NCBI GenBank assembly: GCA_964389965.1
Contig: CAYMGK010000001.1
Location: 2,964-37,121, forward strand
Length of the DNA: 34,158 bases
Reading direction: 5' to 3'
Origin: an uncultured Clostridia bacterium
Lineage (GTDB): Bacteria > Bacillota > Thermosediminibacteria > Thermosediminibacterales > Tepidanaerobacteraceae
Both the position numbers and the translations under genes were made by a program. Positions 26,948 through 34,158 of the stretch are shown here, one piece after another; position 1 is the first letter of the stretch, and each line of letters begins with the position of its first letter. Below the pieces are notes generated by a model. The model was not told the origin of the DNA, did not search any database, and saw only the letters and a program-made list of their open reading frames with translations.

Positions 26948-29856
26948 TGGAATATACCTTTGAACAGAGAAAAGCTATTAAGACGGTGGATAAAGATCTT
27001 GTAGTGACGGCCGGAGCAGGTACTGGCAAGACCTTAGTGTTGGTCGACCGCATCCTAAATATTCTGGAACAGGGTTTAGCCCGTATTGACGAAATTGTGG
27101 CTATTACGTATACGAAAAAGGCCGCATTGGAAATAAGGGAAAGGCTATGCAAAGAAATGCGCAAACAAAAAGGTGATAAGGGGAATATCTCGGAGCATCT
27201 TGAAAAACTTGGCATAGCATATATCGGCACGGTACACAGTTTCTGCCTACGACTTTTAAAGGAAAATCCCGTAGAAGCTCACATAGATCCTGATGTGAAA
27301 GTTTTGGAAGAGGGTAGGGCCAATGCTTGGTTGAAAGAAAGTGTCAAACATGCTATTGTGGACAACCTTGAAGATAAGCCTGTTCTACAACTTGTGTCGG
27401 AAATGGGTTTTTCAAAACTTACAAACGAACTTTATGAAAGCATGCTAAAAATGCGAAATCAGGGTCTCACACCTTCTGACATACATAAGTTAGTCGAGAG
27501 TGAAACCGAAAAGATTCTTGGTATGCTAATAAATAGGGCCTATAGTATGTATAATAACAAAAAAGCACAACAAAGTTTTTTAGATTATGAAGATATCTTG
27601 CAAAGGACTTTTAATCTACTTGTAAGAAATAAAAAGGTCCTCAATGAATGTAGGAGAAAATTTAAATTTATTTTAATTGATGAGTATCAAGATTTAAATT
27701 TTGTTCAGGACAAGATTTTGCGACTCTTAGGTGAAGATAATAATTTTTTCGTAGTAGGTGATAAAAAACAGTCCATATATGGTTTTCGTGGAGCACGAGT
27801 AGAACTCTTTGAAAAACTACGAAGGGATTTGGAAAACCGGGGTCAAGCCCTAAATTTAAAAGATAATTTTCGAAGTGATGGACGTATAGTCGAATATGTG
27901 AATCAAAAATTTAAAGGACTTATGAAAGAATATGAACCTATTAATGCCTACAGACCAAGTAGCAGTCAAAAAAACATTTACTTTTTAACACTGGAAAGTA
28001 AAGGGCTTATGGATGAGCGAAGACGGCGAGAAGGGGAATTTATAGCAAGGACAATTTTGAAAATGATGACGGATGATTCCGTAAAAATCCATGATAGAGA
28101 AACAAAAGAATATAGAAAACCTACCTTTCGAGATTTTTCTGTATTACTCAGAAGGAGGACTCATTTAAAGCATTATACGAAAGCCCTTAAAAACTACAAG
28201 ATACCCTTCTATGTGGCCGATGCGGGAAGTTTAATGGAGAGCACCAGTGTAAAACATCTCCTATGTGCATTAAATACGATTGAATACGGGGATGATATAA
28301 ATTTATATGGAACCCTTTCACATCTTTTTAAAATAAGTGATAATACCCTTGCTGAATATGTGCTCAAAGGGCAGGAGCTAATATTAGGTCTTAAAGAAGG
28401 TGCAGTTGATGTTAAAGATTCCAAAAGCCTTACAGATGCCTTTCAATTAATCCGCAAGTGGTGTAAAATGAAAGAAAGAGTCACAATAAGAGAACTGGCG
28501 GGCAAAATAATTGAAGAAACTAAGCTTTTATCTTTTGCTGTACAAAGGGATTCCCCTGAGGCAGAGAGTCTGCTTAAATTTTTAGATCTGTGTATGGACT
28601 ATGACGAGCAAGGCTATGTTTTAAAAGAGTTTCTTGAAGAACTATCAGACTTAGGTCAAGAACAGCAAGAGGCCACTGATGCTTCTGAGGGGGAAGATGT
28701 AGTAAGATTTATTACCATACATTCTTCCAAAGGTTTGGAGTTTCCTATAGTAATTTTAGCGGATAGCGGTCAAAGAATACCTAGTATTTCCTCAGAAATC
28801 CTGTTTGAGGCCGGGAATGGTATAGCCCTAAAAAAAGATAGAGATAAATGGGAAATGCTCAAGGAAACCTTAGAACAAAAGGAAATTGAAGAGGCCACAA
28901 GATTACTTTATGTTGCACTTACACGGGCAAGGGACTATCTATTGATTTCAGGTGAAATGCAATCCGGCAAAAGGGAGAGCTTTTTGAAATGGCTAAACCA
29001 GGAAACAGGTGAAGTGCAGATAAACAAAATTTGCGAATTACCGGATGTCAATATGGCGGATGTGAGGCTTTTAAGTCCGAAAGTTATAAAAACAGAACCT
29101 AAAAAAGCAGGGATTTTGCAAGAACCTATCCCTGTTTCAAAAAACTATTCAGTAACTTCTTTAGGGGAATACTTAAGATGTCCTAGGAAATATTATCTAA
29201 ATAATATAATAGGAATTCCCGAGAGGCTTTTTTATAAAAGAGAAAGCACCCAGTTAGGGCTTTCGCCTTGGGAAAAGGGGACAATCGTCCATGAGTTGAT
29301 AGAAAAGATACACAGGGAAAATATTTGTAAAAATAATGCGGAAAAACTATCCCATACCGTAAAGCAGCAAATGACCTTTGAGGATAGGGAATTCATTCAA
29401 AGGTGTCTTCAAAATTACCTTGAAAGTGATATATATAACAATAATATCTCAAAAACGATTTACTCCGAAACTCCTTTTTCTTATTACTTGGAAAAGGGCC
29501 GATATATAACGGGAATAGTTGATCAAATAATTTTTGAAAAAGACAGTCTTACAATAGTGGATTTTAAAACAGATGTCTCACTCAATTCAACTTTATTAGA
29601 AAGTTACATCTTTCAAGTGAAGGCATATTCAATGGCGGCATCAGAGGTATATAATGTAAAACCAAAGCGTGCAATTATATTATCACTCTCCAGTGGTGAA
29701 AGTATTGAGGTAGATACTTGCCCTCCCGCTTTGCAGGAATTTAAAACAGGAATATGCCGCTTAATAGATAATATAGATAATAATGTTTTCAATGAAAAAG
29801 CGCAGGATAAAGCAAACTGCAAATATTGTGCATATAAGGACATATTATGTGAATAA
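26947..29856 (+). CDS. UvrD/Rep-type helicase with C-terminal nuclease domain, AddA-like subunit
   Basis: Walker A AGAGTGKT, LIDEYQD, GDKKQSIYGFRGA, TIHSSKGLEFP, YVALTRAR. The C-terminal nuclease is GIVDQI...TIVDFKTD. It also has LRCPRKYYL plus CKYCAYKDILC (C...CX2CX5C). GGGAGG at 26931-26936 precedes ATG 26947. Confidence 0.85.
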   Translation: MEYTFEQRKAIKTVDKDLVVTAGAGTGKTLVLVDRILNILEQGLARIDEIVAITYTKKAALEIRERLCKEMRKQKGDKGNISEHLEKLGIAYIGTVHSFCLRLLKENPVEAHIDPDVKVLEEGRANAWLKESVKHAIVDNLEDKPVLQLVSEMGFSKLTNELYESMLKMRNQGLTPSDIHKLVESETEKILGMLINRAYSMYNNKKAQQSFLDYEDILQRTFNLLVRNKKVLNECRRKFKFILIDEYQDLNFVQDKILRLLGEDNNFFVVGDKKQSIYGFRGARVELFEKLRRDLENRGQALNLKDNFRSDGRIVEYVNQKFKGLMKEYEPINAYRPSSSQKNIYFLTLESKGLMDERRRREGEFIARTILKMMTDDSVKIHDRETKEYRKPTFRDFSVLLRRRTHLKHYTKALKNYKIPFYVADAGSLMESTSVKHLLCALNTIEYGDDINLYGTLSHLFKISDNTLAEYVLKGQELILGLKEGAVDVKDSKSLTDAFQLIRKWCKMKERVTIRELAGKIIEETKLLSFAVQRDSPEAESLLKFLDLCMDYDEQGYVLKEFLEELSDLGQEQQEATDASEGEDVVRFITIHSSKGLEFPIVILADSGQRIPSISSEILFEAGNGIALKKDRDKWEMLKETLEQKEIEEATRLLYVALTRARDYLLISGEMQSGKRESFLKWLNQETGEVQINKICELPDVNMADVRLLSPKVIKTEPKKAGILQEPIPVSKNYSVTSLGEYLRCPRKYYLNNIIGIPERLFYKRESTQLGLSPWEKGTIVHELIEKIHRENICKNNAEKLSHTVKQQMTFEDREFIQRCLQNYLESDIYNNNISKTIYSETPFSYYLEKGRYITGIVDQIIFEKDSLTIVDFKTDVSLNSTLLESYIFQVKAYSMAASEVYNVKPKRAIILSLSSGESIEVDTCPPALQEFKTGICRLIDNIDNNVFNEKAQDKANCKYCAYKDILCE

Positions 29857-30040
29857 CTATGAAAGGAAGGTGATTTTTGAACAAATAATGCACATCATTA
29901 CAATTTAAAAAGAGGAATATATCACCAGGTACTACAATTTAACAGCAAATACCACGTCATTATGTGATATAGCAAACTAAAAACTAAACACGCTTAGCAG
30001 AATATCTCCAATAGTGTATCACATTAATGGACAAAATGTG

Positions 30041-30069
30041 TTGTTTTTCAGAAGGCCATATGATATAAT
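30041..30069 (+). promoter_or_regulatory. Candidate sigma-A promoter for secG (extended -10)
   Basis: TTGTTT (30041-30046), a 17-nt spacer ending in TGa, then TATAAT (30064-30069). Confidence 0.45.
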
Positions 30070-30107
30070 CAACTATGTTAGTTCGGTCGGTACAGGAGGT
30101 GGGCGAC

Positions 30108-30335
30108 ATGGAATTGTTTTTGACGATTGTCTATCTATTGGTTTGTGTAGGCCTTATTGTTTCGGTGCTTTTACAGTCAGGCAAATCCGCCGGTATTTCG
30201 GGGAGTATAGCCGGAGGTGCTGAAACATTATTTGGTAAGAAGAAAGGTTTTGACGATAAACTTGCTCGATATACACAGATTTTGGCACTTGTATTTCTAG
30301 CTATGTCAATTGTGATGATTATTTTCTTACGTTAA
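30108..30335 (+). CDS. secG: Preprotein translocase subunit SecG
   Basis: A 75-aa two-TM protein: MELFLTIVYLLVCVGLIVSVLLQSGKSAGISGSIAGGAE.LFG... AGGAGGTG lies 7 nt before ATG 30108. The ORF-track start at 30075 is too early. Confidence 0.85.
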   Translation: MELFLTIVYLLVCVGLIVSVLLQSGKSAGISGSIAGGAETLFGKKKGFDDKLARYTQILALVFLAMSIVMIIFLR

Positions 30336-30362
30336 GATTTAGTAATCTGGAGGGAGTTTCAA

Positions 30363-32366
30363 ATGGAGAACCTGGTGGTATTTGCCCCAATTATGGGGAT
30401 TGTAGCCTTAGCCTTTGCCATGATCTTGGCTATTAAAGTGATCAAAAGTCCTGCTGGTAATGATAGAATGCGGGAAATATCTGATGCTATTCATGAAGGG
30501 GCTATGGCGTTTCTTTTTAGAGAGTATAAGATACTTTCTCTTTTTGTAATTTTGATGTTTATTTTTATAGGTATATTTATTAACTGGCCTACAGCCATAA
30601 GCTATATAACTGGGAGTATTGCCTCAGTATTAGCTGGTTTTATAGGTATGAATGTAGCAACAAGGGCCAATGTGAGGACAGCTCATGCGGCTCAGGAAAG
30701 CCAAAACAAGGCTTTAAGTATTGCCTTCTCTGGTGGGGCAGTTATGGGTATGTCGGTAGTTGGTCTTGGCCTTTTAGGTCTTGGGATTCTCTATTATTTA
30801 TTTGGAAATCCCCAGGATATCAAAAGCTTTGATGTGATAAATGGCTTTGCTTTAGGTGCTAGTTCCATAGCCCTTTTTGCTAGAGTGGGAGGAGGCATAT
30901 ATACTAAAGCAGCTGATGTAGGTGCTGATTTAGTTGGGAAGATAGAGGCAGGTATACCCGAAGATGACCCTAGAAATCCGGCAGTCATTGCAGATAATGT
31001 TGGAGATAATGTCGGTGATGTAGCGGGTATGGGGGCGGACCTTTTTGAGTCCTATGTTGGCTCGATTGTTTCAGGTATGGCCATTGGGGCCGTGGCAGTA
31101 TCACCTTTTACAGGTGTGGCCTTTGGTATTAACGGAATTATATTTCCCCTTTTGGTTGCGGCTATAGGTATTCTAAGTTCAATTATTGGCACTTTTTTTG
31201 TCAATGTTTTCGGTGGAGCCAATCCCCAAAAAGCTCTCACAAATGGAACACTTATTAGCAGTCTACTGACTATTATTGCATCTTATTTTCTCAGCCAATC
31301 CATTTTAGGGGAAGTAAGCGAATTTTATGCTGTAACATCCGGTATAATTGCAGGAACAATTATAGGAATGGCCACCGAATATTACACATCTGACGAAAGA
31401 CCGCCCGTAAAGGAAATCGCCCAATCTTCTAGGACTGGTGCGGCTACAAATATAATAAGTGGGTTTGCTGTAGGAATGAAGAGCACTGCTTTACCAATAC
31501 TATTTATTGCAGCTTCTATACTCATTTCCTATAGATTCTCTGGTTTGTATGGAATAGCATTAGCGGCAATAGGCATGCTTTCCACTACAGGTATGACCGT
31601 TGCTGTGGATGCCTATGGCCCTATTGCGGATAATGCCGGTGGCATTGCGGAAATGGCAGATTTGCCTTCTGAAGTCAGGGAAATAACTGATAGATTGGAT
31701 TCAGTCGGTAATACGACTGCAGCTATTGGCAAGGGTTTTGCAATAGGTTCGGCGGCCTTGACTGCATTGGCACTATTCTCCGCTTATACCACTGCTGTAG
31801 GCTTGAAAGAGGGCATTAATTTGCTCAATGCAAGAGTCATTGTTGGTCTTCTCATTGGCGGGATGTTGCCGTACCTTTTTTCGGCGTTGACCATGGAAGC
31901 AGTTGGAAATGCGGCGTTTCAAATGATAGAAGAAGTCAGGCGGCAGTTTGAAGAAATCCCGGGGATTATGGAAGAAAGGGCCAAACCCAATTATACTAGA
32001 TGTGTTGATATTAGTACAACAGCGGCACTAAAAGAAATGATTGTGCCTGGGTTAATGGCAGTTGTGGCACCCCTTGCCGTAGGCTTTTTATTTGGGCCTG
32101 AAGCCCTTGGCGGCCTTTTGGCCGGGGCCTTAGTGACAGGAGTTATGATTGCCATACAAATGTCAAATTCGGGTGGTGCTTGGGATAATGCCAAAAAATA
32201 CATAGAATCAGGGCATTTAGGTGGGAAAGGCACTAACACCCATGCAGCAGCAGTTGTAGGGGATACGGTAGGGGACCCCTTTAAAGATACATCAGGCCCC
32301 TCTATAAATATTTTAATAAAACTAATGACCATAGTTGCCTTGGTCTTCGCGCCACTTTTCATTTAA
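30363..32366 (+). CDS. hppA: Membrane-integral ion-translocating pyrophosphatase
   Basis: [71 protein letters not shown]. Confidence 0.95.
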   Translation: MENLVVFAPIMGIVALAFAMILAIKVIKSPAGNDRMREISDAIHEGAMAFLFREYKILSLFVILMFIFIGIFINWPTAISYITGSIASVLAGFIGMNVATRANVRTAHAAQESQNKALSIAFSGGAVMGMSVVGLGLLGLGILYYLFGNPQDIKSFDVINGFALGASSIALFARVGGGIYTKAADVGADLVGKIEAGIPEDDPRNPAVIADNVGDNVGDVAGMGADLFESYVGSIVSGMAIGAVAVSPFTGVAFGINGIIFPLLVAAIGILSSIIGTFFVNVFGGANPQKALTNGTLISSLLTIIASYFLSQSILGEVSEFYAVTSGIIAGTIIGMATEYYTSDERPPVKEIAQSSRTGAATNIISGFAVGMKSTALPILFIAASILISYRFSGLYGIALAAIGMLSTTGMTVAVDAYGPIADNAGGIAEMADLPSEVREITDRLDSVGNTTAAIGKGFAIGSAALTALALFSAYTTAVGLKEGINLLNARVIVGLLIGGMLPYLFSALTMEAVGNAAFQMIEEVRRQFEEIPGIMEERAKPNYTRCVDISTTAALKEMIVPGLMAVVAPLAVGFLFGPEALGGLLAGALVTGVMIAIQMSNSGGAWDNAKKYIESGHLGGKGTNTHAAAVVGDTVGDPFKDTSGPSINILIKLMTIVALVFAPLFI

Positions 32367-32384
32367 AAAACCGGCGATTTATAT

Positions 32385-32413
32385 TTGACAGATACACCGA
32401 TTCGTTGTAAACT
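32385..32413 (+). promoter_or_regulatory. Candidate sigma-A promoter for the L-box leader
   Basis: TTGACA (32385-32390), a 17-nt spacer, then TAAACT (32408-32413). Confidence 0.5.
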
Positions 32414-32454
32414 TATACTACAATTTCATAAAGCTATGCCTCACTTTTCGCAAG

Positions 32455-32600
32455 TGAGGTAGAGGTGCAATACTTAACAATCCTCAGTGAAGCCAGAGAG
32501 TAAGGTGATGAAACTTTGGAAAAGGAAGTGTTGCCGAAGCAAATAATATTCTCTCATATTATTTGCTGGGCCTGCAGTTAAGAGCTGTAGGACTGTCTCA
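32455..32600 (+). promoter_or_regulatory. Lysine riboswitch (L-box) aptamer
   Basis: The conserved L-box blocks occur in order: uAGAGGUGC, CCAGAGAG, GGUGAUGAAA, GGAAAAGGAAGUGUUGCCGAAGCAAAUAA...UUAUUUGCUGG, GGACUGUC. This matches my recollection of the B. subtilis lysC leader. P1 pairs UGAGGU with GUCUCA. Confidence 0.85.
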
Positions 32601-32673
32601 ATAAACATCCCGGTTTATTGAGTTGAGCTATCTCAATTGGGTAAAGTGGAGGGATTTAGGTAATTTTGAATAT

Positions 32674-32703
32674 AAGACCTGAGTTCATCTCGGGTCTTTT
32701 TGT
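32674..32703 (+). terminator. L-box expression-platform terminator
   Basis: aaGACCUGAG-uucau-CUCGGGUCuu followed by uuuug, 41 nt upstream of the transporter start codon. Confidence 0.8.
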
Positions 32704-32743
32704 ATATATAAAATCCAAGTAAAAAATTAAGGAGGAATTGGCA

Positions 32744-33598
32744 ATGAGCAAAAAGACATTATTAACAGCAGTATCATTTCTAATAATTATCATGTTGATG
32801 GCAGGATGTGGGTCAAGCCAAGACCCTGTAAGCCAAAACACACAAAAAGAAGGGGAAAATCAGGTAGAAGAAACATTTAAAGTCGGCCTTGAATGTGATT
32901 ATCCTCCATTTAACTGGACACAACTGGATGATTCGAATGGAGCTGTTCCTATAGACGGTTGTGCCGAGTATGCAGGTGGGTATGATGTAGAGATTGCTAA
33001 GAGGATTGCAGAAGGGTTAGGCAAAGAACTTGTCATTATCAAGACCGAGTGGGCCGGCCTCTTACCTGCTTTGACTTCTGGTAAGATTGATGCAATTATT
33101 GCAGGTATGTCACCTACAGACGAGCGCAAGGAGACCATTGATTTTTCATCAAATTATTATAAATCCGATTTAGTAATGGTTGTAAAAAAAGGCAGTGAAT
33201 ACGAAAAAGCCACATCAATCCAAGATTTCAAAAATGCAAAGGTAACTGCACAAATAAGCACATTTCACTACACTGTAATTGACCAAATCCAAGATGTAAT
33301 CAAAGAACCGGCAATGGACGACTTTTCTGCCATGAGAGTTGCCTTGGAGTCAGGAATGATTGATGGATATATTTCCGAGCGACCTGAGGCAGTTAGTGCA
33401 AAAGCTGCAAACGAGAACTTTACATTTATAGATTTTGAAGACGGTTTTATTACCTCTGATGATGATACGGCCATTGCAGTCGGTCTTGTGAAAGAAAGCG
33501 AATTAATTGAAAAAATAAACAAGATAATAGAAAGTATTTCCGAAGACGAAAAAGCAAGGCTCATGGATGAAGCTATTGAAAACCAACCAGAGGAATAG
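32744..33598 (+). CDS. Amino-acid ABC transporter substrate-binding lipoprotein (lysine candidate by riboswitch context)
   Basis: Lipobox signal peptide (IIIMLMAGCGSS). Family-3 binding-protein blocks are present (FKVGLECDYPPFNW, GYDVEIAKRIA, W..L.PAL.SGKIDAIIAGMSPT.ER). AAGGAGG lies 8 nt before ATG 32744. Confidence 0.85.
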   Translation: MSKKTLLTAVSFLIIIMLMAGCGSSQDPVSQNTQKEGENQVEETFKVGLECDYPPFNWTQLDDSNGAVPIDGCAEYAGGYDVEIAKRIAEGLGKELVIIKTEWAGLLPALTSGKIDAIIAGMSPTDERKETIDFSSNYYKSDLVMVVKKGSEYEKATSIQDFKNAKVTAQISTFHYTVIDQIQDVIKEPAMDDFSAMRVALESGMIDGYISERPEAVSAKAANENFTFIDFEDGFITSDDDTAIAVGLVKESELIEKINKIIESISEDEKARLMDEAIENQPEE

Positions 33599-33700
33599 CA
33601 TTTTTAAATTGTGATATTGCTAAGATAGGTGGCAGCATCTTGCCAAATTATACCCTATGTTGAAAAATTAAAAAACAGTGCCGAAAAAGGGGGAAATCAT

Positions 33701-34158
33701 ATGGACTTTTTCAGATGGGTGATTAGAATTACATTAAAATATTGGCCTATGTTTCTACGAGGGGCTGGCATAACACTTTTGATTTCTATTACGGGCACTG
33801 TTATAGGATTTATAATCGGTTTATTAGCAGGTGTTTTGCGAACAATTCCAGTGCCTAAATCAGGAATAAAAAGACCGATTTTAAAACTAATGAATATAAT
33901 CTTAAGTATTTATATCGAGGTATTTCGTGGGACTCCTATGATTGTGCAGGCCACTGTAATATATTATGGCTCTGCACAGGCCCTGGGCCTTGATATGAAC
34001 AGGTTAACAGCGGCAGTCCTAATAGTATCCATAAACACAGGGGCATATATGGCAGAGATTGTCCGAGGTGGTATCGTATCTATAGATAAAGGACAGTTTG
34101 AGGCCGCCCATGCCGTCGGCATGAACCATATTCAGACAATGTCAAATGTAATACTACC
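33701..34158 (+). CDS. Amino-acid ABC transporter permease (3' end outside window)
   Basis: My translation from ATG 33701 is MDFFRWVIRITLKYWPMFLRGAGITLLISITGTVIGFIIG...YIEVFRGTPMIVQ...NTGAYMAEIVRGGI.SIDKGQFEAA.A.GM, a HisM/GlnP-type permease with the EAA-like loop. It is open to the window end and absent from the ORF track because no stop codon is reached. Confidence 0.85.
   Translation, partial: MDFFRWVIRITLKYWPMFLRGAGITLLISITGTVIGFIIGLLAGVLRTIPVPKSGIKRPILKLMNIILSIYIEVFRGTPMIVQATVIYYGSAQALGLDMNRLTAAVLIVSINTGAYMAEIVRGGIVSIDKGQFEAAHAVGMNHIQTMSNVIL

Noticed and set aside
30014-30223. 69-aa + strand ORF overlapping secG in another frame, and the extended secG start at 30075.
   Set aside because: The SecG frame has a strong AGGAGGTG RBS before ATG 30108 and the canonical SecG sequence. 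The alternative frame has neither an RBS nor motifs.
30283-30297. TGGCAC-N5-TTTC, about 70 nt upstream of hppA.
   Set aside because: The -24 box is perfect, but the -12 box is TTTC rather than TTGC, and it lies inside the secG coding sequence. This is probably chance, although it could be revisited with transcription start site data.
32656-32841. 61-aa ORF on the - strand overlapping the L-box terminator and the binding-protein start.
   Set aside because: It runs antisense through a riboswitch terminator and the signal-peptide region of a well-supported gene, so it is an AT-rich chance ORF.

Overview
AT-rich, Firmicutes/Clostridia-like chromosomal segment with no rRNA, tRNA, CRISPR array, transposase or integrase that I can recognise. 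There are five blocks. (1) 2-10751, + strand: a sugar-utilisation locus comprising a GntR/HutC regulator (5' truncated), a PfkB-type kinase, a C_GCAxxG_C_C protein, a XylFGH-like CUT2 ABC transporter and a NanE-like epimerase. It ends in a short glycyl radical enzyme (GRE, 759 aa) and its radical-SAM activase, and is the best candidate for an undescribed system. (2) 10851-15291, - strand: a promoter and T-box leader, then pheA, then a TAXI-type TRAP transporter. (3) 15459-24259, + strand: rpoN (sigma-54), then a glycolytic operon in the order gap-cggR-pgk-tpiA-gpmI-eno, with a recognisable CggR operator upstream of gap. (4) 24488-29856: a compact two-gene AddAB-like helicase-nuclease pair in which both subunits carry Cas4/AddB-type cysteine motifs. 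(5) 30041-34158: secG, a membrane pyrophosphatase, and a lysine (L-box) riboswitch controlling an amino-acid ABC transporter that is truncated at the window end. A non-coding element of about 140-175 nt occurs twice in the same orientation, upstream of the sugar-binding-protein gene and inside an unusually long pgk-tpiA spacer. Everything here rests on reading the sequence and the ORF translations by eye. No database search was run.
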